In this document: in pieces, positions 30,345 to 38,634 of the stretch
How the letters are laid out: the number at the start of each line of letters is the position of its first letter
Position numbering within the stretch: the stretch's first letter is position 1
From: a virus
Direction: 5' to 3' (one strand)
Length of the DNA: 55,882 nt
IMG/VR virus record: IMGVR_UViG_3300045988_066911
Span: 1 to 55,882 of that record
The notes under the pieces: model-generated
What the model saw: the letters and a program-made list of their open reading frames with translations, nothing else
What the model was told of the DNA's origin: nothing
Databases searched by the model: none
Translations under genes and position numbers: made by a program

Positions 30345-30374
30345 AGCATCGTGGAGCTATCACGGTGCTTTTTT
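30345..30374 (+). terminator. intrinsic terminator
   Basis: AGCATCGTG-7 nt-CACGGTGCT followed by TTTTT. Confidence 0.7.
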
Positions 30375-30398
30375 AATGCAATTTTTTAGGAGCCTAGG

Positions 30399-30590
30399 AT
30401 GAAAAGTAAAACAATTTACTGTCCGAGGTGCAAACGTAAAGTAGGCATCTATGATGGACGGTCAACATTCACAATGACATATAGTTGCCGGAAGTGCGGT
30501 AAAAGAGTTTCGTTCAATCCGGCATACAACGAGATAAAGATAAAAGACAGACCGCAAAGAGAAGTTTCAAGCGGAGTAACGATTATTTAG
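30399..30590 (+). CDS. zinc-ribbon protein (Mu Com-like arrangement)
   Basis: MKSKTIYCPRCKRKV...YSCRKCGKRVSF; AGGAG RBS. Confidence 0.4.
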   Translation: MKSKTIYCPRCKRKVGIYDGRSTFTMTYSCRKCGKRVSFNPAYNEIKIKDRPQREVSSGVTII

Positions 30591-30600
30591 GTGTGGCAGA

Positions 30601-32043
30601 ATGAATAACAGAATGTATCTACAAGACCTTGTTCAAGGTCGATACGGAAGAAAAATTGCATATACAAGCGTTGATAAGATAACCGCAGATAATGTTGTCA
30701 AAGTCATTGGGGAATGCATTGGAACATTTTACTACAACAAATCTGTTATCCGATATCTTTGGAATTATTACAAGGGAGATCAACCGATTCTGTATAGACA
30801 AAAGCTAACAAATGAAGATATCACAAACAGAATCGTGGAAAATCATGCCTACGAAATTGTTCAGTTCAAAGTAGGACAGACATACGGCGAGCCGATTCAA
30901 TTCATTAGTCGAAAGGATGATGAAGCAATCAACAAGGCTGTGGATATGCTCAACGATTTTATGGCAGATGCAAACAAGCAAGAAAAAGACATCAAAGCTG
31001 GGGAGTGGCAATCCGCAACAGGAACGTCATTTAAGGCGGCAAGACCTAAAGCAAATTCAGATGTTCCATTTTTAATTGTGGCACCAACGCCGATGAATAC
31101 TTTTTCAATATATAACGATAGCACAGAAGAACCGATGCTTTCCGTTCAGGAGTTGAAAGACGAAAACGGGAATTGGTATAAATTAGCATTTTCTGATACG
31201 ACATCTTATAAGATTCAAGATGGGAAATTGATTGAGAGCAAACTTCACACATACGGCGGAATACCGATTGTTGAGTTTCCTAACAATCACGAAAGAATTT
31301 CCGATATCGAGCTTGTTATTGGTATGCTGGATGCAATAAACAATATGCAGTCCAATAGAATGGATGGCGTTGAACAATTTGTGCAGTATTGGATAAAATT
31401 CGTGAATTGCCAAATCGACGAGACAGAGTTCGAGAAAATGAAGAAAAGCCATGCTTTGACAGTAAAGTCAAACAATGGAGATAATAAATCCGACGTCGAT
31501 ATTATGACACAGGAATTGAACCAAACACAATGCCAAGTTGCAAAAGATGATATATGGGATAATACACTATCTATTTTGGCAATACCAAACAAACAAGGGA
31601 ATACCGGCGGAGATACACAAGGAGCCGTAGAACTTCGTAATGGCTGGGACTTCTCTAAGACAAGAGCAAAACTGAAAGACCCTATTGTTAAATCGGCAGA
31701 AAAACGGCTTGCAAATGTCGTGTTAAATATCCTTAGAGTAAATGATAACGACCTGAAACTATCAACAAGAGATTTTGACGTGCAGATCAATCATAGTCCA
31801 CAGGATAATATGTACACCAAGGCACAAACACTTACAGTATTGCTTCAAGCTGGCATACATCCGCTTATTGCGATAGCAACAGTTGGATTGTGGGGAGACG
31901 CGGAAAAGACATTTAACTTATCAAAGCCGTATCTCAAAAATCTGTATAAGACTATTGATGATGCAGAAACTCAAAAAGCAAAAGCACAAGAAATAGTAGA
32001 TCAAATAAATAAGAAAGATAAAGCAATTACTGAAAATCGGTAG
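30601..32043 (+). CDS. portal protein
   Basis: 480 aa, positioned downstream of TerL, with an SPP1 gp6-like pattern. Confidence 0.8.
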   Translation: MNNRMYLQDLVQGRYGRKIAYTSVDKITADNVVKVIGECIGTFYYNKSVIRYLWNYYKGDQPILYRQKLTNEDITNRIVENHAYEIVQFKVGQTYGEPIQFISRKDDEAINKAVDMLNDFMADANKQEKDIKAGEWQSATGTSFKAARPKANSDVPFLIVAPTPMNTFSIYNDSTEEPMLSVQELKDENGNWYKLAFSDTTSYKIQDGKLIESKLHTYGGIPIVEFPNNHERISDIELVIGMLDAINNMQSNRMDGVEQFVQYWIKFVNCQIDETEFEKMKKSHALTVKSNNGDNKSDVDIMTQELNQTQCQVAKDDIWDNTLSILAIPNKQGNTGGDTQGAVELRNGWDFSKTRAKLKDPIVKSAEKRLANVVLNILRVNDNDLKLSTRDFDVQINHSPQDNMYTKAQTLTVLLQAGIHPLIAIATVGLWGDAEKTFNLSKPYLKNLYKTIDDAETQKAKAQEIVDQINKKDKAITENR

Positions 32044-32142
32044 TTGCTTTTATTTTTATAAATTTTGCACCTATGCGGTAAATAGGAGAAACTCGGCAGG
32101 AGCGACCTGCGGTATCAAAAGCGTGAGTTTACGGAGGTAATT

Positions 32143-32700
32143 ATGACAAGAGATGACGTATTGAAACTATTTCCGGATGCGACGGATGATCAGATTACTA
32201 ATCTGTTAAATCAGAACAATTCAGAAGTTGCGACGGAGAAAAACAAGGCAAAGCAGTACAAGGCTAAGGCTGATACAGCAGACAGTTTACAGAAACAGCT
32301 TGATGAGATACAGGCTGGCAATCTGACGGAACTTGAAAAGGCAAATAAAGCCTTAGATACAGCTAATCAGCAGATAGCCGATTTACAGAAATCTAACGCT
32401 ATCAGAGACCAGAGGGAAGCAGCTATGACTAATTTTAAGATTACTGCTGAACAGGCAAAGACAGTTGTTAAAGATGATGGAAGCCTTGATTACACCGAAC
32501 TTGGCAAGATTATGTCCGAGAAAGAAACAGCTGCGGCACAGGCTAAGGAACAGGAGATTGCTAAGTATCAAGATGTTCCGGGCGGTGGAAGCAATAAAGA
32601 CGGTGCAGACAATAAGACAAATGCTGAAAAGATAGCAGAAAGCCTTATATCTAATGCACCTAAAAACAATGACGTTTTATCACATTACATTCAGCAATAA
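32143..32700 (+). CDS. scaffolding protein
   Basis: Helical, charged, coiled-coil-like 185-aa protein lying between the portal and capsid genes. Confidence 0.65.
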   Translation: MTRDDVLKLFPDATDDQITNLLNQNNSEVATEKNKAKQYKAKADTADSLQKQLDEIQAGNLTELEKANKALDTANQQIADLQKSNAIRDQREAAMTNFKITAEQAKTVVKDDGSLDYTELGKIMSEKETAAAQAKEQEIAKYQDVPGGGSNKDGADNKTNAEKIAESLISNAPKNNDVLSHYIQQ

Positions 32701-32713
32701 CAGGAGGTAAGAA

Positions 32714-33067
32714 ATGGCAAAGGAAATGAATATGCAGTATGAAAAGACTTCATACGCAGGAGATGTTCAGATTTTAAAGAGAGAGCCTAACGAAGCAATC
32801 CCATTAACACTTGATTTTGACGGCGTAACAACTAAAAACGCACAGGGCAAGAAGATTGTCAAAGCAGGTACTCCAATCGGAGCAAATGGCAAGGCTGACA
32901 ATACAGCTACAGTAGTGGGTATCTTAAGGTTTGATGTAACAGAGGACAGACCACAGGGCGTACTGCTTAAGAAAGCATACCTTAACACAAAGTTGGCAGA
33001 AGCACACTCTGGTGTTACATATGACGCAGCAGTTAAGACAGCTCTCCCAATGATTGTATTTGAATAA
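32714..33067 (+). CDS. putative head decoration protein
   Basis: 117-aa protein immediately upstream of the major capsid gene (lambda D/E-like arrangement). Confidence 0.4.
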   Translation: MAKEMNMQYEKTSYAGDVQILKREPNEAIPLTLDFDGVTTKNAQGKKIVKAGTPIGANGKADNTATVVGILRFDVTEDRPQGVLLKKAYLNTKLAEAHSGVTYDAAVKTALPMIVFE

Positions 33068-33084
33068 TAGCAGGAGGTAAACAG

Positions 33085-34158
33085 ATGTTAATTAATGAAG
33101 TATTAGATAGCAAGTCTATTGCATTATCAGCAACAGAAAACGCTAGTAACCAGATACCTTATCTTGGTTTACAGTGGTTTCCAGAAAGAAAGAAACAGGG
33201 GCTTGATTTAGGCTGGATTAAGACACATAAAGGACTTCCCGTTTCTCTTGCACCATCTAACTTTGATACAATCCCAACTCTTAGAGCCAGAGAGGGACTA
33301 AGCAAGGAAAAAACACAGATGGCATTTTTCCGTGAGGGAATGACAGTGGGCGAAGAAGAAATGCTTGAAATTGAGCGTATTCAGTCAGCAGATGACCCTT
33401 ACCTTGCGAGTGCTTTATCAAGCGTATATGACGATACTAACAATCTTGTAAGCGGTGCGGAAGTTGTTCCAGAACGCATGAGAATGTCACTTCTTGCTAC
33501 AAATGCAGGGCATCCAGTAATCGCCATTATAAGCGATGGTGTTCAGTATTCTTACGATTATGACAAGGATGGCTCATACGCAAAAGACCATTACGCAAAG
33601 TTATCCGGAACAAGTATGTGGAGCGATACAGCTAATTCAAAGCCACTTACAGACCTTAACAACGCAAGAAAGAAGTTACAGAAGCAGGGCAAGATTGCTA
33701 GATACGCACTTATGAACAGTAACACATTTCAATATCTGCTTGACAATGCACAGATAAGAAACTCAATTCTTGCACAGAACCTTACAGCAACTATTGAGGT
33801 TGATGATGATACTGTTGTTTCAGTGGTACAAAAGAGAACAAAGCTCACTATTGTGCTTTACGATAAAATGTACATTGATGATGATGGCAAGGAACAGTAC
33901 TTCTACCCGGACAACAAGGTTACACTTCTTCCAGAGGGCAGTCTTGGCAATACTTGGTTTGGAACCACACCGGAAGAAAGAACCGCTAGACAGGTTGCGG
34001 ATGTCGATGTTATGCAGTATGGAACAGGTATTACTGTTGCAACAAAGGTTGAGTATGGACCACCAATGAAGATGTCTACGTTTGCATCAGAGGTTGTCCT
34101 TCCATCTTACGAAAACATGGACAGCACTTTCGTTTACGAGGTTCATTCGGAAGAGTAG
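33085..34158 (+). CDS. major capsid protein (gpE-like family)
   Basis: 357 aa; the position and the N-terminal QIPYLGLQWFPERK... pattern resemble the phage major capsid protein E family. Confidence 0.75.
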   Translation: MLINEVLDSKSIALSATENASNQIPYLGLQWFPERKKQGLDLGWIKTHKGLPVSLAPSNFDTIPTLRAREGLSKEKTQMAFFREGMTVGEEEMLEIERIQSADDPYLASALSSVYDDTNNLVSGAEVVPERMRMSLLATNAGHPVIAIISDGVQYSYDYDKDGSYAKDHYAKLSGTSMWSDTANSKPLTDLNNARKKLQKQGKIARYALMNSNTFQYLLDNAQIRNSILAQNLTATIEVDDDTVVSVVQKRTKLTIVLYDKMYIDDDGKEQYFYPDNKVTLLPEGSLGNTWFGTTPEERTARQVADVDVMQYGTGITVATKVEYGPPMKMSTFASEVVLPSYENMDSTFVYEVHSEE

Positions 34159-34167
34159 GAGGGCGCC

Positions 34168-34419
34168 ATGAAGTATCCGTATATTGTTATTAAGGATGGC
34201 GTTTGGTATAAGGCTGGTGACGAGGTGCCGGAAGATAGCAAAAATCCGGCACCGCCTAATTATATGGCACCACTAACGTCAAACTATACAAAGACAGAGA
34301 TCAACCGTATGTCTACTTCTGATCTGCAAGGTTTGGCTAAGATGTACGGAATTGACAACTCGGAAGAGATCAGCGGTTCAGAATTAAAGAAGATTCTGAT
34401 CTCAAAATTCGGATTGTAG
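34168..34419 (+). CDS. hypothetical protein with Rho-N/SAP-like C-terminal motif
   Basis: LQGLAKMYGIDNSEEISGSELKKILISKFGL. Confidence 0.45.
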   Translation: MKYPYIVIKDGVWYKAGDEVPEDSKNPAPPNYMAPLTSNYTKTEINRMSTSDLQGLAKMYGIDNSEEISGSELKKILISKFGL

Positions 34420-34429
34420 GAGATAAGAA

Positions 34430-34789
34430 ATGACAACATTAGAGCAAGTCAAAATCAGATTGAAACAATTTCATATGGATAAGGACGAAGCCGGAAAAGA
34501 TGTTGTTGTTTACGATTCCCCAGAAGAAAATCCGATTTTAGAACAGCTTATAGCACAAGCGGAACAGGACATAATCGGCAAACGTGCTTACCCTAGCAGT
34601 TATACAGAAGATATGATTGCAGACGATTTGAATAAATTTCAAAGCGTTATCGTCAATCTTACTGTTTACGATCATTCGCAAGCCGGAGAAGAATTTATGT
34701 CTACTTACAGTGAGAATGGCGTAAGTCGTAATTGGAAGAGTAGGGAAGATTTGTTTGTCGGAGTATATCCGTTTGTGTCAGCGTTATAA
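34430..34789 (+). CDS. head-tail connector (gp6-like) protein
   Basis: 119 aa; position and pattern are typical of head-tail adaptor proteins. Confidence 0.5.
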   Translation: MTTLEQVKIRLKQFHMDKDEAGKDVVVYDSPEENPILEQLIAQAEQDIIGKRAYPSSYTEDMIADDLNKFQSVIVNLTVYDHSQAGEEFMSTYSENGVSRNWKSREDLFVGVYPFVSAL

Positions 34790-34896
34790 AGAAGATTGTG
34801 CGTTATCATGTTTGCGGTGCAAATGTGGTAGCAGGCGGTGTGCATCAAGGGTGGTGGGCGGCACACCAACTAAAATAGAAAGGCGGTATATGATTG

Positions 34897-35211
34897 ATGA
34901 CTATTGAGATATCAACAGCAATCATTATAAGCGTGTTATCACTTGGTTTTTCCGTCTTTATGGGATTGAAGAACAACAAAAGAACAGATGCTAAAGATAT
35001 TGAGGAACGTGTAAAAGAAAACACGAGAATCAATATGAAGTTAGATGCCATTTCTAACAATACAACAGACATAAAAAATGAAGTGTCCGAAATGCGAAAA
35101 GAAATCAATTCGCACGACAGCCGTATTGTTAAAGTGGAAGAAAGCGTTAAATCTTTTCATCATCGTTTAGATGGCATTGAAGAGCGTTTGAATATGGAAA
35201 GGAGTAATTGA
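34897..35211 (+). CDS. XhlA-like membrane/coiled-coil lysis-associated protein
   Basis: N-terminal TM segment followed by a coiled coil (KLDAISNNTTDIKNEVSEMRKEINSHDSRIVKVEESVKSFHHRLDGIEERL), as in XhlA. Confidence 0.55.
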   Translation: MTIEISTAIIISVLSLGFSVFMGLKNNKRTDAKDIEERVKENTRINMKLDAISNNTTDIKNEVSEMRKEINSHDSRIVKVEESVKSFHHRLDGIEERLNMERSN

Positions 35212-35212
35212 T

Positions 35213-35524
35213 ATGCAGGAATTATTAAGCAACGCAACAATCTTACTTGCGGTGGTTGGATGCTTGGCGTTTACTGTGTCTGTAATTACACAGGTTATTA
35301 AAGGCATTTTCAAGAATGTTCCGACGGACTTGGTTGTATTTGTGCTTTCAATCGCTCTTACTGTAACAGCGTTCATCGCTTATATGCAGTATATCAAAGC
35401 TGAAATGCTATGGTATATGATCGTTGCATCCGTAATTGCCGGATTTATTGTGGCGTTTGTCTCCATGTTCGGATGGGAGAAGCTATCCGATCTATGGAAG
35501 CGTTTTGGCAAGGATGTGAAGTAA
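35213..35524 (+). CDS. holin
   Basis: 103 aa with three hydrophobic segments and a charged C-terminus; adjacent to the XhlA-like gene. Confidence 0.65.
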   Translation: MQELLSNATILLAVVGCLAFTVSVITQVIKGIFKNVPTDLVVFVLSIALTVTAFIAYMQYIKAEMLWYMIVASVIAGFIVAFVSMFGWEKLSDLWKRFGKDVK

Positions 35525-36007
35525 ATGTCATTAGATATTAACAAGCAAAAGATGAAGTATTCTCTTAGCCTTGGATTGCAACCGCAGTACAGACGCGATG
35601 ATGATGGGAATATCATTTATACCGGGTATACGGATGATGATGGCACATTTATTCCATATTTGGATGAAGATGGCAATAAGATACCAGAAGTAACAGGAGA
35701 ACCGATTGAAACATATACGGAGCCTGTTATTTTTTATTCATCTATAAGCAATAAGTTAAGCGAAGCAACCGCAAAGGAATTTGGTATTGATGATTCAACC
35801 AACTATGCACAACTTGTTACAGACAAAAACGCATTTCCGCTTGTAGAAGGTGCGCTGATATGGAAGCGGTCGGAAGTTGGATATAAGGACAATGAAAAGA
35901 CAATCATTGATTCAACGTCAGCAGATTACATCGTCAAAGGTGTGGCAGATGAAGGATTGACAGTTGACCTTTATTTGCTCCGTAAGAATGTGAAGAACGC
36001 AGAATAG
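35525..36007 (+). CDS. hypothetical structural protein
   Basis: Position in the head-tail joining module; 160 aa. Confidence 0.5.
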   Translation: MSLDINKQKMKYSLSLGLQPQYRRDDDGNIIYTGYTDDDGTFIPYLDEDGNKIPEVTGEPIETYTEPVIFYSSISNKLSEATAKEFGIDDSTNYAQLVTDKNAFPLVEGALIWKRSEVGYKDNEKTIIDSTSADYIVKGVADEGLTVDLYLLRKNVKNAE

Positions 36008-36015
36008 GTGATGGA

Positions 36016-36591
36016 ATGGCACGTAAAAAGACAATCAGTATGAATTGTCTGTCTCAATCAAGCATTCAAAACGCGATAAAACAGCTTAGAGACTACCAAA
36101 ATAGTTTGGCGTATAAATGTCAGATGGTGGCTCAAAAGTTAGCTGAAAAAGGCGTAGAGATTGCGAGAGTACAGATTGCAGACCTTGATGCGATATTTAA
36201 TCAAGATTTGATTAAAAGCATTCACTCTGAATATGTTGGAAGTGTCAAGGGTGGCGGTGTATGGGCGGTTGTGGCTGGTACAGATCATGCGTTGATGGTT
36301 GAGTTCGGAACCGGAATTGTTGGTCAAGAGCATCCTTATCCGGGAGAATTTCCGGATGGAGTAACGTGGGATTATGCGAGTGGTAAGACAATTAGACAGG
36401 CTATGCAAGACATATCTATAAATGGAGATACATTTGTTAAGGCTGGCGAATATTATTGGACTTACATCGGAGATGATGGAAAATTGCATATCACAAAGGG
36501 TATGCCAAGCAGACCTTTTATGTATTATACATCTCTTCAACTCATGAAGTTAGTTGAGAAAACTGTAAAAGAGGTATTCAAGAATGGTTGA
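36016..36591 (+). CDS. putative head-tail joining protein (HK97 gp10-like)
   Basis: Assigned from position and size; weak motif support. Confidence 0.35.
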   Translation: MARKKTISMNCLSQSSIQNAIKQLRDYQNSLAYKCQMVAQKLAEKGVEIARVQIADLDAIFNQDLIKSIHSEYVGSVKGGGVWAVVAGTDHALMVEFGTGIVGQEHPYPGEFPDGVTWDYASGKTIRQAMQDISINGDTFVKAGEYYWTYIGDDGKLHITKGMPSRPFMYYTSLQLMKLVEKTVKEVFKNG

Positions 36592-37021
36592 TAACACTTG
36601 GGCGTATGAAAATGAAACAAAGGTTTTGGGTATTCTTAATTCATATGCCATTCCAAAGCTGAGAAAAAAATTCCCAAATATGAAATGGCAACAAGGGGTT
36701 ACAATTACAAACCTTGAAAGCAGATTATCGAAACCAACATTTCCGACAATTTACGTTCACGAATTGCCCGGAACAGAGCAAGGACTGACGTTGAACGGTC
36801 AGAATATCAACGGAGTTTTAACCACGTTTGAGGTTCAGACATTTACAAATACGTCACAATACGATGCAAAGCTTATGCTTGTAATAGTTGCAGACGTATT
36901 TAAGGAAATGAGATTTGAGATTACATCAATGCCGGAATTTAAGTCTGACGGAACAGTATATAGGAGCGTTGCGAGATTCGGAAGAATACTTGGAGCAAAT
37001 GATAGATTGATGGGAAAATAA
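36584..37021 (+). CDS. putative tail completion protein
   Basis: Position immediately upstream of the major tail gene. Confidence 0.35.
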   Translation: MVDNTWAYENETKVLGILNSYAIPKLRKKFPNMKWQQGVTITNLESRLSKPTFPTIYVHELPGTEQGLTLNGQNINGVLTTFEVQTFTNTSQYDAKLMLVIVADVFKEMRFEITSMPEFKSDGTVYRSVARFGRILGANDRLMGK

Positions 37022-37076
37022 TTTAAGGGCCTGTTTTGGGTTCTTTTTTTATGCATATTTTTAAGGAGGTATAAAC

Positions 37077-37553
37077 ATGGCAGCAGCAGGTATTTCAACA
37101 CTTGGAATTACATTCGGCTATGGCTCAGAGGCAACCGCTGGAACAAAGCCAACGTCATTTAAGCAGTTGACACGTATCAACGCAATAGGCGGTATTAATA
37201 TTGAGCCGGAACAAATTGATGCATCTGCATTGGAAGATTTCATAACCAGATATGTTAAAGGACGTGCAGATACAGGCGGTTCATTCCCTGTAACAGTAAA
37301 CTTTACAGCAGAGACAATCGAAGAGTGGCAGGCTCTTATCACAGAGTACAAGGCATTGTCTGTTGGAAAGAGAATGTGGTTCGAGACAATCATTCCGGGA
37401 ATCGAGAAGTCATTCTTTGTTGTAGCACAGCCACCAGAGCAGATTCCACAGCCGGAAATCGGGCAGAACGAATTACTCACAATCGAGATGAATCTTACGA
37501 TTGAAGAGTACAAGGGAATGGATACATCCGTGGCATTTACACCGGGGGAATAG
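37077..37553 (+). CDS. major tail protein
   Basis: AAGGAGG RBS; 158 aa; followed by a terminator and then the chaperone and tape-measure genes. Confidence 0.65.
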   Translation: MAAAGISTLGITFGYGSEATAGTKPTSFKQLTRINAIGGINIEPEQIDASALEDFITRYVKGRADTGGSFPVTVNFTAETIEEWQALITEYKALSVGKRMWFETIIPGIEKSFFVVAQPPEQIPQPEIGQNELLTIEMNLTIEEYKGMDTSVAFTPGE

Positions 37554-37658
37554 TTAGTCACTCATTGGATTCACATACCGCAGTAGTGAGTGACGAAGAA
37601 TCGAATGCGGTAAACAGCTATTCATCGTATGTTGATGAATAATGACATTGCACAGAAA

Positions 37659-37685
37659 GGGCGGACTTCGGTCTGCCCCTTTCCT
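37659..37685 (+). terminator. intrinsic terminator after the major tail gene
   Basis: GGGCGGAC-TTCG-GTCTGCCC followed by CTTTCC. Confidence 0.6.
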
Positions 37686-37724
37686 ATGTGAAAGACATAG
37701 GAGGAAAGGTAAAGGTATTTAATT

Positions 37725-38216
37725 ATGAAAACAATTACAGTTGATGGAAAAGAATATAAGTTAGAGTTTGATTTTGCGGCCGCAGAAGTTGGAGAACTTG
37801 TTCAGAAGATATTTGAAATGAAGTCTGGACTGTATATTGCAAGATCGGCACAAGCCGGCAACAACGTAGGAGTGGCAATTCTTGATGGAACAGGGGAAAT
37901 GCTTGCTACAATTCCAAAAATTTGTATTCTTGCTATTTATGCCGGATGCTTGGAGAATAACCCAGTTTCTATGGACGAAGCAAAAACTCTATTAAAAAAA
38001 TATATGAAGCAAGAAAAGAAATCTTTCAAGGATGTATATAATGAGATAATTCATCCGTGTATGGAAGATGATGGTTTTTTTATGACGAGCGGAATCGACA
38101 AAGCGGTGGATTCCATGAATCAGGCAATGGAGCAGGAAGAGAATGCGGAACAGGAACAGGCACCGAAGGTAGCACCACAAGACCACAAGAAGAGTTCAAA
38201 AGCGTCCACGAAGTAA
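37725..38216 (+). CDS. tail assembly chaperone (gpG-like)
   Basis: Position directly upstream of the tape measure gene; acidic C-terminus. Confidence 0.6.
   Translation: MKTITVDGKEYKLEFDFAAAEVGELVQKIFEMKSGLYIARSAQAGNNVGVAILDGTGEMLATIPKICILAIYAGCLENNPVSMDEAKTLLKKYMKQEKKSFKDVYNEIIHPCMEDDGFFMTSGIDKAVDSMNQAMEQEENAEQEQAPKVAPQDHKKSSKASTK
38075..38081 (+). promoter_or_regulatory. candidate -1 programmed ribosomal frameshift site (T TTT TTT)
   Basis: Heptanucleotide in X XXY YYZ register of the chaperone frame. The -1 frame is open from 38045 to 38581. Confidence 0.5.
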
Positions 38217-38248
38217 TATGGAAGGGTTTCTTCCCATCTGCATATTCT

Positions 38249-38581
38249 ATGGGAATTTCGTATGAGGAATTTAAGCATATGAATCCTAGGAAATTGGAAT
38301 ATGTACGTGACGGATATAAGCAAAAAATCAAACAGATAGATGCTCTAAATTGGATGAATGGTCAGTATACTATGTCTGCGGTTGCGGTTGCTATTGAAGC
38401 AAACTTTGCAAAGAATCCAAAAGGAAAGTATATGAAAAAACCTGTTATCTTGGCTATGGAAACGCAAGAAGAAGATTTGCAAAAGCAACGTGAAGCATTT
38501 TTGGCTGGACTTCTTGCTATGCAGGCAAATTATGAATTAGAGCATCCAAAAGTTGAGAAGAATACAGACGGTACAACATGA
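38249..38581 (+). CDS. tail assembly chaperone extension (gpT-like), probably expressed as a G-T fusion
   Basis: The ORF lies in the -1 frame relative to 37725..38216 and has no convincing RBS of its own. Confidence 0.5.
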   Translation: MGISYEEFKHMNPRKLEYVRDGYKQKIKQIDALNWMNGQYTMSAVAVAIEANFAKNPKGKYMKKPVILAMETQEEDLQKQREAFLAGLLAMQANYELEHPKVEKNTDGTT

Positions 38582-38634
38582 GTTTGTACCGTCTTTTTTA
38601 CTATGTGACAGAATGACAGAAAGTTGGTGGAATC

